A DNA stretch of 64,000 bases from Candidatus Kapaibacterium sp. (GTDB taxonomy: Bacteria > Bacteroidota > Ignavibacteria > Palsa-1295): NCBI GenBank assembly GCA_038229915.1, contig JBBRNY010000001.1, positions 33,693 to 97,692 on the forward strand, given 5' to 3'. The translations under genes were made by a program, and so were the position numbers. A model generated the notes under the pieces. It did no database searches and had not been told where the DNA came from. It worked only from the letters and a program-made list of their open reading frames with translations. Of the stretch, positions 47,805 to 57,239 are shown one piece after another. The stretch's first letter is position 1. Every line of letters starts with the position of its first letter.

Positions 47805-48680
47805 TCAGATCTTGCCTTTGGTCAGTGCACCGACGATCTGCTTGATATACGAAGAATGCTCTTGGGGTACGTCATCCTGTGATTTAAGTTGCGCCCCGGT
47901 CATTCCGTAGCGCCGTTCACGGCTTTGATAGTTGCGAACCGCTTCATACAAATGCTCGCGACGGAAATCGGGCCAAAACACTTTGGTAATATACATTTCG
48001 CTATACGCCATTTCCCATAACAAGAAATTCGAGAGGCGCATTTCACCTGATGTGCGAATCATCAAGTCGGGGTCGGGCATTTCGGCTGTCGTTAGATACG
48101 ACTTTACTAGACCGTCGTTCACATCCTCGGGCGAAAGCTTGCCACGGCGCACATCAAGCGCCATAAGCTGCATAGCTCGGACAATATCCCATCTGCCCGA
48201 GTACGACAATGCAAGTGTCAGCGTCAGACGGTTATTCCCCGATGTTTTCTCGATGGCATCAAAAAGATCTTGTTGCACTTCTTTTGGTAGTGCGTTGGTT
48301 TGCCCGATGGTTGCCAGACGGACACCATTCTCGCTCATCTCATCTATTTCCTCGTGAAGCATCTTCCGAAGCAACCGCATCAGCATCGCCACTTCTTTGC
48401 GAGGGCGTTTCCAGTTCTCGGTACTAAACGCATAGAGCGTGACATAACGAATACCAAGCTCGCGAGCGGCGCGGGTAATATCACGAACCGAAGTAATACC
48501 GGCTTGATGACCGACCACACGCGGAAAGTTGCGCTCCTCAGCCCAACGACCGTTGCCATCCATAATAATAGCCACGTGCTCCGGAATCCGACCACGCGAA
48601 ATAAGCTCCTGCTGGACTTGTTTGTCCTCAGAGCTTTGCTCATAAATGCCCGGTTTGAAGATATTTCTAAGAAACGACAC
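47805..48680 (-). CDS. uppS: isoprenyl transferase (undecaprenyl-diphosphate synthase)
   Basis: HVAIIMDGNGRWA and LYAFSTENWKR. Confidence 0.9.
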   Translation of the reverse strand: MSFLRNIFKPGIYEQSSEDKQVQQELISRGRIPEHVAIIMDGNGRWAEERNFPRVVGHQAGITSVRDITRAARELGIRYVTLYAFSTENWKRPRKEVAMLMRLLRKMLHEEIDEMSENGVRLATIGQTNALPKEVQQDLFDAIEKTSGNNRLTLTLALSYSGRWDIVRAMQLMALDVRRGKLSPEDVNDGLVKSYLTTAEMPDPDLMIRTSGEMRLSNFLLWEMAYSEMYITKVFWPDFRREHLYEAVRNYQSRERRYGMTGAQLKSQDDVPQEHSSYIKQIVGALTKGKI

Positions 48681-48784
48681 GCTATTTATACTTTACAGCC
48701 ATAATATGCCAAAAACAGGGCAAATGGTTCGGGAAAAATGCGGGACTTATTTACAAGGAAATAAATAATGCACTTATAATATCA

Positions 48785-50134
48785 TCACATCGCTCTCGCG
48801 ATCAATGCTTCGGCTTCCTCTTTTGTCGGGGCTTCGGCTATGAGGCGGATGATCGGCTCGGTATTCGAGGAGCGGACATGGAGCCAGCTTTTTTCGAAGT
48901 CAAGGCGCAAGCCGTCGTCTTCGTTAATTGAGACCGACGTCGGAGCAAGCTTCGTTTTGATGTTGGCTATCATCTCGGTGGCTTGTTCTTTGCTTGTCAA
49001 CTCGATCTTGTTTTTAACGATCTCATATTGTGGCAATGATAGCTTCTTGTGCGACAACGTCATTCCGCTTCGGGCAAGGTTACTGAGTGCCAACGCAACG
49101 GCAACAAGCGAGTCTCGACCGATATGCACTGCAGGGTAGATTACGCCACCCGAACCTTCGCCACCAATAACGGCATCGGTAGCGATCATCTTCTTCGCCA
49201 CATTGATCTCACCAACTGCTGTGCGGTGCACTGTCGCACCGTATTGCTCAGCAATATCTTCGATGGCACGAGTAGTAGAGAGATTCACCACAACATTCTG
49301 ACCGCGCGGCATATTGAACAGCACTTCTTCGGTAGCAAGAACGATAGTATTTTCTTCGATGAATGGCTCGCCGGTATTGGTGATCAAAACGCAACGATCA
49401 GCGTCGGGATCAATGGCAATACCCAGATCAGCATTGTTCGAGATAACAGCTTCGCAAAGTGAAGTAAGATTTGCAGGTATCGGTTCGGGATAATGAGGGA
49501 AAATACCTGAGCCGTCGGTAGCAACCCCGATCACCTCGGCAACACCAAGACGCTTGAGCAATTCTTGTTGGATAAACGAACCGCTTGCATTAACAGTATC
49601 AAGCACGATCCGAAATTTCTTCTTCTTGATATCCTCAAGCGCAAGAAATGGTATTGCAAGAACCGATGCAATATGCGCTTCGATGGTTTGATTTCCATCA
49701 AGGATCTGCCCTTGCGATGATGAAATGCTCCAACCGCCGGAATCAACAAGTCTCCAGAGAGCGGCATTCTCATCAGCATCAAGAAAAAGACCTTTGGAAT
49801 TAATAAATTTCAAACCATTCCATTGCTGTGGATTGTGGCTTGCGGTGACGATGATACCACCACGAACAGCATCATCTTTCTCGACAGCAAACATCACGGT
49901 TGGTGTCGGGACCATCCCAAGCGATAGCACGTCGCAACCTGCAGCGGCGAGGGTCATCGCGACAAGCTCATATATTCGCTTGCCCCCGACTCTGCCGTCA
50001 AAGCCGATTGCAACAGTACCGCCGTTGCCGACGACAGTTGCAAACGAAGAAGCATACGCGATGATGACTTCGTCGGTGAGTCCGGTTTGAGAGTCAGTAA
50101 GCCCGCGAAGGCCCGAGATAGAGCGGATGAGCAA
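48785..50134 (-). CDS. glmM: phosphoglucosamine mutase / phosphomannomutase family protein
   Basis: SISGLRG N-terminal motif and the TASHNP active-site loop. The ORF extends to a TTG at 50200, but the first ~22 codons span a GGATAC/GTATCC hairpin; a TTG at 50134 is the likelier start. Confidence 0.8.
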   Translation of the reverse strand: MLIRSISGLRGLTDSQTGLTDEVIIAYASSFATVVGNGGTVAIGFDGRVGGKRIYELVAMTLAAAGCDVLSLGMVPTPTVMFAVEKDDAVRGGIIVTASHNPQQWNGLKFINSKGLFLDADENAALWRLVDSGGWSISSSQGQILDGNQTIEAHIASVLAIPFLALEDIKKKKFRIVLDTVNASGSFIQQELLKRLGVAEVIGVATDGSGIFPHYPEPIPANLTSLCEAVISNNADLGIAIDPDADRCVLITNTGEPFIEENTIVLATEEVLFNMPRGQNVVVNLSTTRAIEDIAEQYGATVHRTAVGEINVAKKMIATDAVIGGEGSGGVIYPAVHIGRDSLVAVALALSNLARSGMTLSHKKLSLPQYEIVKNKIELTSKEQATEMIANIKTKLAPTSVSINEDDGLRLDFEKSWLHVRSSNTEPIIRLIAEAPTKEEAEALIARAM

Positions 50135-50214
50135 AGTAGTAGAGATATAAAAATAGATTATTTGAACAACGGATACGGGAAATGTATCCTGCGATAACAA
50201 AATCAGGAGTTCTA

Positions 50215-50889
50215 TTAATTATTCAGCATCCCTTTATTAATCCATGAACGAATTCTGGAAATATCATTAGGTAGAAGTGCTGGGCCGAGCGTATCAGCGT
50301 TTCTCGGCATAGATTGGTAGCCATTGTCATGAACTATGACGCCGATGAGTGTTCCATCAGAAGCATAACCGCGAAGATGATCAAGATTTGTGGCATCGAA
50401 ATGTCCGGCATGATCATACTCATTATGACAACCGCGACAATGTATTTCAAATATCGGAGCAATATCTGTTTTGTAAGAAATATGAGAGGTATCAAGCATA
50501 TCCTTGACTATATCAGTATTCATAGCCCCTTGTTCGATCCATGTTTTGATAATAGTTTTCTGAGACAATGTCAAGGCAAGTTCCGGTACCTTTGGCATTC
50601 TGATTGAAGTATCATTTGTACAGATTCTTTCATAAAGAATACTCGACGATGGGTTCCTCGATCCAATGAGGGAATGAATGGATGAATATGATGACAATAC
50701 CAAGTCGGATTGATGCGTCTTTGAATCATGACAAGTGGAGACGCCACAGCTACTTTCAATGATCGGTAGTACATGATTCGAAAACGAAACAGTTGCCGCA
50801 GTTTCGGGCAACGCTTCGGCTATATGTGAGTGAGTACAACCAACAAAGAACCCTAAAGAAGATATTACAACAAGGATAAATATCCGCAT
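50215..50889 (-). CDS. lipoprotein with two tandem PSCyt1-like (planctomycete cytochrome c-like) domains
   Basis: LGFFVGC lipobox. Two repeats of V.PI...C..CH...L.L.SY...I...MP...L...WI..GA. The first carries CGVSTCH (CX4CH); the second carries the canonical CRGCH. Confidence 0.65.
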   Translation of the reverse strand: MRIFILVVISSLGFFVGCTHSHIAEALPETAATVSFSNHVLPIIESSCGVSTCHDSKTHQSDLVLSSYSSIHSLIGSRNPSSSILYERICTNDTSIRMPKVPELALTLSQKTIIKTWIEQGAMNTDIVKDMLDTSHISYKTDIAPIFEIHCRGCHNEYDHAGHFDATNLDHLRGYASDGTLIGVIVHDNGYQSMPRNADTLGPALLPNDISRIRSWINKGMLNN

Positions 50890-50951
50890 TTCCGATTTAA
50901 CTCAACAGTGAGCCTGCAAAACTACGGATTCCAGGTTATGATAGTGTTAAC

Positions 50952-50988
50952 AAAAAAAAGGAGTAGGCATGAGAACATATCTACTCCT
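50952..50988 (-). terminator. rho-independent terminator after floA
   Basis: AGGAGTAG, 14-nt loop, CTACTCCT, with a U7 tract on the minus strand. Confidence 0.75.
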
Positions 50989-51008
50989 TAGAATAAGAAA
51001 GATAAAAG

Positions 51009-52034
51009 TTATGCGTTGCCCGTCGTTGATGAGCCGCCCATCGCGCTCATATCGCTCGATGAACTTTCGGCGATCGACTTACGCATTGCAGTATCCGACT
51101 GGACGTTTTGCATATTATAATAATCCATCACGCCAAGCTTACCGTTACGGAATGCTTCGGCAATTGCAATGGGGATGAGTGCTTCGCTTTCGACCACTTT
51201 CGCACGCATTTCTTGCACTTTTGCTTTCATCTCTTGCTCGAAAGCGATAGCAGAGGCACGGCGCTCTTCGGCTTTTGCGCGAGCGATCTTCAGTTCGGCT
51301 TCAGCTTGATCGCTCTGAAGTTTAGCACCGATATTTTGCCCGACATCAACGTCAGCAATATCGATCGAAAGAATTTCGTAGGCTGTGCCAGAGTCGAGAC
51401 CTTTGTTGAGCACGGTCTTTGAAATATTATCAGGGCTTTCGAGCACTTCTTTGTGCGATTGTGCCGAACCGATAGTCGTAACAATACCTTCGCCCACACG
51501 AGCCAGGATCGTCGCTTCGCCGGCACCACCGACGAGGCGCTCGAGATTAGCACGTATCGTCACACGAGCAACAGCCGTCACCTGAATACCATTTTTGGCA
51601 ACAGCCGCAACCGGCGGTGTTTCGATCACTTTCGGATTGACTGAAAGCTTCACAGCTTCGAGCACGTCACGACCCGCAAGATCAATAGCTGCGGCGCGAT
51701 CAAAATCGAGATCGATATTTGCTTTGTGAGCACTAATAAGAGCATTGATCACTCTTGGGACATTACCACCAGCCATATAGTGGGCTTCGAGGAGTGGAAT
51801 TTCGACAGGGATACCCGCTTTGGTAGCGGTGATCTTTGCACGAACGATCACATCTGCAGGTACTTTACGAAAACGCATCCCGACGAGATCGCCAAAAATG
51901 CGAACGTGAACACCTGACGAAAGTGCTGTGATCCAAAGCCCCAGACGCATAACTGAGAGCAAAATGATCAAAAAGAAGAAAGCGGCAATGACGATGCCAA
52001 GTGTGAGGTTACCGATGGGGTTCATATTTTCCAT
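51009..52034 (-). CDS. floA: flotillin-like protein FloA (UPF0365)
   Basis: [28 protein letters not shown]...SPFH-like domain. 341 aa. Confidence 0.85.
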   Translation of the reverse strand: MENMNPIGNLTLGIVIAAFFFLIILLSVMRLGLWITALSSGVHVRIFGDLVGMRFRKVPADVIVRAKITATKAGIPVEIPLLEAHYMAGGNVPRVINALISAHKANIDLDFDRAAAIDLAGRDVLEAVKLSVNPKVIETPPVAAVAKNGIQVTAVARVTIRANLERLVGGAGEATILARVGEGIVTTIGSAQSHKEVLESPDNISKTVLNKGLDSGTAYEILSIDIADVDVGQNIGAKLQSDQAEAELKIARAKAEERRASAIAFEQEMKAKVQEMRAKVVESEALIPIAIAEAFRNGKLGVMDYYNMQNVQSDTAMRKSIAESSSSDMSAMGGSSTTGNA

Positions 52035-52124
52035 TTCAAAATAAGATGAATAGACTACAAATCTACGATAAATGTAGAGCCATTAGCAATAAGTGAGAAG
52101 AAAAGAGGAATAAAAAAAAGGGGT

Positions 52125-52937
52125 TTATACGACAACCCAAGCTTCTTTGAAGATCACTTGTTTGGTAAGGGGGAGCTTATAACCCAAGAACCGCTCGCCG
52201 ACCGATTGAAATTTTGAGGGGATATCACTGACGAGAAACAAATGATCGGGAGCATTAACTGTTGCATTTCTTTTTTGCTCTTTCACATTGCGAGCCGCAA
52301 CAGCACCACTATTAATGAGCTTGACATCAGTACCCATATAATCGCCGATCACTTTTGACAGAACAGGATAATGAGTACAACCCAAGATGAGCGTATCAAC
52401 TCCAGCTTTTTTTAACGGGCGGAGATATTCTTCGGCAATAAGCTTTGCGGCACTATGATCTTGCCAGCCTTCTTCGGCAAGCGGCACGAAGAGTGGGCAA
52501 GCCTGTGAAAATGTCTGGATATTTTTTCCTGAGGAGATTGCCATAATACCTTCATCGTATGCTTTGCTCGAAACGGTGGCTTGCGTGCCGATGATACCAA
52601 TACGATTATTTATTGTGGTGGCAACTGCCTCGATGCAAGCAGGTCCGATCATCCCGATCACCGGAATATTTCCGGCGGTTGCTTTTACAACGTCAAGTGC
52701 AACAGCACTGACGGTATTGCAAGCAACAACGATCAACGATGGATTATGCTGTAACAGGAGTTCGGTATCTTCGCTTGCATAGCGACGAATGATCTCGACA
52801 GATTTTGATCCGTACGGTACACGCGCCGTATCACCAAAATAGACGATGCGCTCATTCGGGAGTTGCTCGAACAACTCATGGACGACCGTCAGACCGCCGA
52901 TCCCTGAATCAAATACTCCGATCGAAGAATCTCTCAT
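52125..52937 (-). CDS. murI: glutamate racemase
   Basis: IGVFDSGIGGLTV and VVACNT...LGCTHYP. Confidence 0.9.
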   Translation of the reverse strand: MRDSSIGVFDSGIGGLTVVHELFEQLPNERIVYFGDTARVPYGSKSVEIIRRYASEDTELLLQHNPSLIVVACNTVSAVALDVVKATAGNIPVIGMIGPACIEAVATTINNRIGIIGTQATVSSKAYDEGIMAISSGKNIQTFSQACPLFVPLAEEGWQDHSAAKLIAEEYLRPLKKAGVDTLILGCTHYPVLSKVIGDYMGTDVKLINSGAVAARNVKEQKRNATVNAPDHLFLVSDIPSKFQSVGERFLGYKLPLTKQVIFKEAWVVV

Positions 52938-53584
52938 TAATGCTTTATATCTATAGAGTCAGAATGCGGAGCTTGCTCAATATGCGCTCCGGGTACTCTG
53001 CGAATCGGGTGACCTGCAGAATCAAGTTTCATACCGGGTGGAAGTTTTTGGTTTAGCACCGGGGGGCGTTCTTTCTGCATCTTCTGAAGTGCCTCTTGGC
53101 GCAGTGGTGCTAAATTAGCATTTACTGTACGAGTAACATAACTACTGGTCTCGTTCGTGGCGCGTTGCAGTTGGGGGAGTGCTAAATACACTTTCATCCC
53201 CTCGGGAGTTTTAATAAATTCTAAAAACTTTTTCAGATCGGGCAAGTCCAAATGTTCACGATACATTGCATAGTAGATCTTTTCGTAAGCATTATTATCG
53301 ATACCGGTCATTGCAAGTTTATGTGCAACGGCAGTATCAATGCCCTGTACAGAAAATGTGCGGCTGATGCGATTATAGAATTCTTGAGCATCAACGTACG
53401 CCGTTTTCTGCGGTCCGATCAGCGCATACAACTGTTTAAAAGTCTTTGCATACTCAATGCTATCTTTGTATGAATTGCTCATTTCTTCCCGAGAGACACT
53501 ACGACCAGGCTTTTCTTTCTTGGGCTGCGCTAAGACGACAGTTGCGCAACAGACAATTAGTAATAATACAACAAATGCTTTCAT
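52937..53584 (-). CDS. secreted DUF2059-like protein
   Basis: Signal peptide. YYAMYREHLDLPDLKKFLEFIKTPEGMKV resembles the DUF2059 Y...FT..EL..L..FY.TP.G.K motif. Confidence 0.55.
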   Translation of the reverse strand: MKAFVVLLLIVCCATVVLAQPKKEKPGRSVSREEMSNSYKDSIEYAKTFKQLYALIGPQKTAYVDAQEFYNRISRTFSVQGIDTAVAHKLAMTGIDNNAYEKIYYAMYREHLDLPDLKKFLEFIKTPEGMKVYLALPQLQRATNETSSYVTRTVNANLAPLRQEALQKMQKERPPVLNQKLPPGMKLDSAGHPIRRVPGAHIEQAPHSDSIDIKH

Positions 53585-53634
53585 ATTTAGAATGGTAATG
53601 TAGATTTCTAAAAACCGAAAATATTGAGAATAGG

Positions 53635-54360
53635 TTACCGCACTTCTGACAGATCACCATTGAGCTGACGCCATGAGTCACCACTTTGCACTTCGAAGAG
53701 TGTAACAGGATGCACTTCCCATTGTGAGCCACGAGATTTACCTACTTCGTCGGGATGCTCTTGATCCCACATTACCCAGCCCGAAATGCGAACCTTTGCG
53801 TTGTTGCGAACGAGTGCTTGAACGTAACGAAGCCGCCACTCGGGAAATTGCTCTTTCCAATATGGTGTCATTTCTACGATGACCCCTGTATTTTTATTGA
53901 CATCCGGTGATGAGGCGATCCAGATATGATAATCACGAAGCGAATCACTATGTCCGTTGCAACTTTCAGGCCCCGATTCTTTCGCGGCAACTAAATATCC
54001 CGTCACCCGAACGCCGAGTGATTCGTACTCCTGAGCTTGATTATTTGCCGACGTCCCCCATTTTGATCTATATTTTTTCCCAGCAACATCAAGTTCGGAG
54101 TGCGGAAAGCTGAGAATGTCATCAACCGAGACGTCTCGGAATGATTGCGGTGCCGACCATCTATTCTTTTGCTTATTGAGCAACGGGTCACCCCCTGTGC
54201 CTTCGGGCCCGAACCCATGAAACGTCGCAGGAGCCTGTCCCGACTGCGTAGTAACAGGAATTGGTGTAGTAGTCGTCGAGTGTTTTGAAACAATGAAATA
54301 TAGAATCACAAGCATAACTATTATGCCGACGATGATGATAATCTTGTTTTGTTGTTTCAC
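53635..54360 (-). CDS. hypothetical membrane-anchored periplasmic protein
   Basis: N-terminal TM anchor IIIIVGIIVMLVILYFIV. 241 aa, no recognisable motifs. Lies 21 nt downstream of the cytochrome b gene. Confidence 0.5.
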   Translation of the reverse strand: MKQQNKIIIIVGIIVMLVILYFIVSKHSTTTTPIPVTTQSGQAPATFHGFGPEGTGGDPLLNKQKNRWSAPQSFRDVSVDDILSFPHSELDVAGKKYRSKWGTSANNQAQEYESLGVRVTGYLVAAKESGPESCNGHSDSLRDYHIWIASSPDVNKNTGVIVEMTPYWKEQFPEWRLRYVQALVRNNAKVRISGWVMWDQEHPDEVGKSRGSQWEVHPVTLFEVQSGDSWRQLNGDLSEVR

Positions 54361-54381
54361 AAACTTACAATGATAAGACGT

Positions 54382-55017
54382 TTATTTCTGCACAGTCTCG
54401 ACGCGTTTCCACCCAGTGATCATCGACCAGAAATTCCACCACCCAGCGGTCACCACCATAAATAAATGTCCGAGAAAAAAGAACACGATCAGTGCCATAA
54501 AGATAAAATGAAACCACCGAGCAAGATCATAGCCGCCAAAAATAAATGCTATCTCTTGAAAGGTTACCGGCATATACATTGCCAAACCCGATAGCGTCAC
54601 CCCGATACCAAGAAATGGAACGCTGGTATAAGCAAGCTTTTGAAGAGCATTATACTTATCTGTTTTAGGATGCTCTTTGTTAATGCGAAGATAGTATTTG
54701 ATCATCGGTAAAATACCGTGAATATCTTTGGTTCTAAAGATCGTCGTTTTTCTACCGTGACGAGTTGCAACGTTATAAATAACAGCGAGCACTCCATTAA
54801 GCACGAATATCCACATCGCAAAAAAATGCCACTGCCTCGCGCCTCCCAACCAACCGCCGAGAGTAACCCAAGAAGGGAATTTAAAAGCAAAAAGAGGAGA
54901 TGCATTAAAGATTCGCATTCCGCTGGAGACCATGATCAACAGCGCAATAAAATTGAGCCAATGGGTGACTCGAATGACCAAAGGGTGTTGAAATATTTTG
55001 GCGGGCTTCATTTTCAT
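54382..55017 (-). CDS. cytochrome b561-family membrane protein (Ni_hydr_CYTB-like)
   Basis: HPLVIRVTHWLNFIALLIMVSSGMRI N-terminal motif typical of prokaryotic cytochrome b561. 211 aa. Overlaps the upstream Mo-enzyme gene. Confidence 0.7.
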   Translation of the reverse strand: MKMKPAKIFQHPLVIRVTHWLNFIALLIMVSSGMRIFNASPLFAFKFPSWVTLGGWLGGARQWHFFAMWIFVLNGVLAVIYNVATRHGRKTTIFRTKDIHGILPMIKYYLRINKEHPKTDKYNALQKLAYTSVPFLGIGVTLSGLAMYMPVTFQEIAFIFGGYDLARWFHFIFMALIVFFFLGHLFMVVTAGWWNFWSMITGWKRVETVQK

Positions 55018-55023
55018 ACACGC

Positions 55024-55716
55024 TTATAGCCCTGCATTCCAATCATACCCTTGATCTTCCCAATATCCGCCGGGCTTCGTATTAGTGACAACAAGCTTGA
55101 ATATCCACTTCGCGCTTTTATAGCCAAGCTTCGTGGGCATTACTATTCGGCAGGGCGCACCATGCTGAAGCGACAGAGGCTTGTTGAAGGCTTCGTAGCA
55201 AAGCAGTGTTTCGGGGTGTCGTGCGCTTTCCATATCATAACCTTCGTAATATTTATCAGCACACTCGACAGCAATATATTTTGCATTGGAATCAGCACCG
55301 ACCCAATCGAGGAAATACCACAAGGCAACCCCACCCCACTTAATATTTTGGCTCCACCCTTCAACGCAGACGTGTTTTGAGTTTTGCACTTGCTTCTGAA
55401 GCTCTTTGATCTGGGCAAGCGAATAATATCCGGGATGTTTGACGAGTCCGGTTACATACAGTCGCCAATTTTCGGTAGTATCAGAAGGAGGGGTGTGAGT
55501 ATCGTAATCATTCACTCGAAATTTCGATTCCGGAGTGAGATCTTTGTCTTCTATCTTCGGGGCGAGTTTGTTCTTGCTAAAAGCAGCTTGTTGGACCCCA
55601 TCGTTAAACTTTTGAAAACTGCGAAGACCTTGTTCGATCTTGCCCGATGGTGTCGCATCACACGAGCACAAGAGCACACTTAAAAAAACTATACAAAAAA
55701 AATCAAAGGTTTTCAT
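55024..55716 (-). CDS. sulfite-oxidase-fold molybdopterin oxidoreductase (MsrP/YedY-like) with lipoprotein signal peptide
   Basis: MKTFDFFCIVFLSVLLCSC lipobox with no RR motif. HVCVEGWS resembles the Mo-ligating Cys region of YedY-type enzymes. Ends ...GYWEDQGYDW. Confidence 0.65.
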   Translation of the reverse strand: MKTFDFFCIVFLSVLLCSCDATPSGKIEQGLRSFQKFNDGVQQAAFSKNKLAPKIEDKDLTPESKFRVNDYDTHTPPSDTTENWRLYVTGLVKHPGYYSLAQIKELQKQVQNSKHVCVEGWSQNIKWGGVALWYFLDWVGADSNAKYIAVECADKYYEGYDMESARHPETLLCYEAFNKPLSLQHGAPCRIVMPTKLGYKSAKWIFKLVVTNTKPGGYWEDQGYDWNAGL

Positions 55717-55800
55717 CGCGTTGCGTTCTTTTTTATGCAAACATTCAGAACAAAGATACAGATTTTTTGCGAGAAGTATGCCAAATCTGAGGCAACACTC

Positions 55801-55926
55801 TTAGTGCCAATCGACTAAGATCACAAACAGTAAAAAGACAAAAATGATGAAGACCCAAATACCCATACCGATGATCACGAATCGGAATTTACGCTCGCGG
55901 TTTGTCAGCACAGGAGCCGGTAACAC
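55801..55926 (-). CDS. possible 41-aa single-TM micro-protein downstream of coxIV
   Basis: GTG start 15 nt after the coxIV stop. V/MLPAPVLTNRERKFRFVIIGMGIWVFIIFVFLLFVILVDWH. It is below the 60-aa cutoff of the ORF track. Confidence 0.3.
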   Translation of the reverse strand: MLPAPVLTNRERKFRFVIIGMGIWVFIIFVFLLFVILVDWH

Positions 55927-55941
55927 CCTGCTCTACCTTTA

Positions 55942-56238
55942 CTAAAATAGCCAGTGGGGTTGGAAAGCCCACTCGAGCGATATCATCAAGATCAAAATAC
56001 CCGCAACCGCAAGAGGTGCGTATGCGATCACCGATAAGAAGCCAGAGTCATATTTCAAGTGCATAAAATACACCGCGACTAACCCTGCTTTGACCAAAGC
56101 AAGTGCGATCAACAAAATGATCATTGGTGTTTTGGGCATACCGATCATCGTCAGCCCAACCTCGACAAGGGTGAGCACTGCAAGCGCGATGAAGATCTTG
56201 ATGTATGTCTTGGTATGATTTACAGGAGCGTGTTCCAT
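55942..56238 (-). CDS. cytochrome c oxidase subunit IV (prokaryotic CoxD-type)
   Basis: 98 aa with three TM helices (LIALALVKAGLVAVYFMHLKY), directly after coxIII. Confidence 0.7.
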   Translation of the reverse strand: MEHAPVNHTKTYIKIFIALAVLTLVEVGLTMIGMPKTPMIILLIALALVKAGLVAVYFMHLKYDSGFLSVIAYAPLAVAGILILMISLEWAFQPHWLF

Positions 56239-56255
56239 AACCGCTAAGATCTAAG

Positions 56256-57086
56256 TTAGATGAGATAAACGAGTGTGAAAAGAATGATCCAGATCAGATC
56301 GACAAAATGCCAATACAAGCCGGCAACTTCGACAACTTCCGCAGTGTCCTGACGTTTGCGAAACCAGCTAATTCCACGAATAAAGATGTAAGGTGCGCCA
56401 CCGGCAACCATCGGAATAAGCACGTGCGGCAAGCCAGGCCAAGTTTTTGTTGGTCCGAAAAATAGAAAGAGTGTTAGGCCGAAACATACCAATCGGAAAA
56501 GATTAATAAACCAATAATTCTCTTTTTTATGCTTATCGACAGGTCCGAGCCAAAGTGCGATCGTTAGTGCCAATAGATACAGCACTCCCGAAAACACATG
56601 AATTCCATGAAAACCCGTTAAACTAAAGAATGTGGCATCAAAAAGACTATTGCCCATTCCCATGTGATCTTTGACGATCAGGTGATAGTACTCACCGTAC
56701 TGAACGCCGAGGAAGATCGCGCCACCAACGACGGTGACCAAAAGCCACAAGATCGTTTTTTTAATATTCTTGAAGCTGGCTGCCTGAACGGCCATAACCA
56801 TCGTCACGCTCGAACAGATCAGCACAAAGGTGTTAATAGCTGTTAGCGGAATATCAAGTGGGTAATGCTCAATACCATGAGCATGATTTTCCGGACCAGG
56901 CCATAAGTCGCCAGAACCGATGCGGACGGAAATATATGCCGCAAAAAAGCCCATGAACATCAAGGCATCCTGACACAGAAAAAGCCACATAAAGACTTTT
57001 CCCATCGGGGTTCCGGTACTGGTATAAACCGGAGCTTCTTGGTGATGCTCTTCGGAATGAGTGTTTTGTAAAGCTATCTCTGACAC
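56256..57086 (-). CDS. coxC: cytochrome c oxidase subunit III
   Basis: Seven-TM heme-copper oxidase subunit III pattern (FMWLFLCQDALMFMGFFAAY...LYWHFVDLIWIILFTLVYL). Confidence 0.85.
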   Translation of the reverse strand: MSEIALQNTHSEEHHQEAPVYTSTGTPMGKVFMWLFLCQDALMFMGFFAAYISVRIGSGDLWPGPENHAHGIEHYPLDIPLTAINTFVLICSSVTMVMAVQAASFKNIKKTILWLLVTVVGGAIFLGVQYGEYYHLIVKDHMGMGNSLFDATFFSLTGFHGIHVFSGVLYLLALTIALWLGPVDKHKKENYWFINLFRLVCFGLTLFLFFGPTKTWPGLPHVLIPMVAGGAPYIFIRGISWFRKRQDTAEVVEVAGLYWHFVDLIWIILFTLVYLI

Positions 57087-57239
57087 GGCGTAAGTATTTC
57101 AGAAATTGTGAATAACGAAGTACAAATATACGGAATTGTGAGGCAGAGTGTAAAATTCGTGGATTATTGGACACTCTGGAATTTGTATCAACTCCCAAGA
57201 GAAAAGAGCGTGGTAACTTCAAGACGAATTTTTCGTTAA

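Noticed and set aside
47932-50090. Plus-strand ORFs of 72-141 aa inside uppS and the glmM-like gene
   Set aside because: Antisense shadow frames within well-supported minus-strand genes.
50161-50200. N-terminal ~22 codons of the longest glmM-like ORF
   Set aside because: This stretch spans a GGATAC/GTATCC hairpin and precedes the conserved SISGLRG motif with no homology. I trimmed the CDS to the TTG at 50134.
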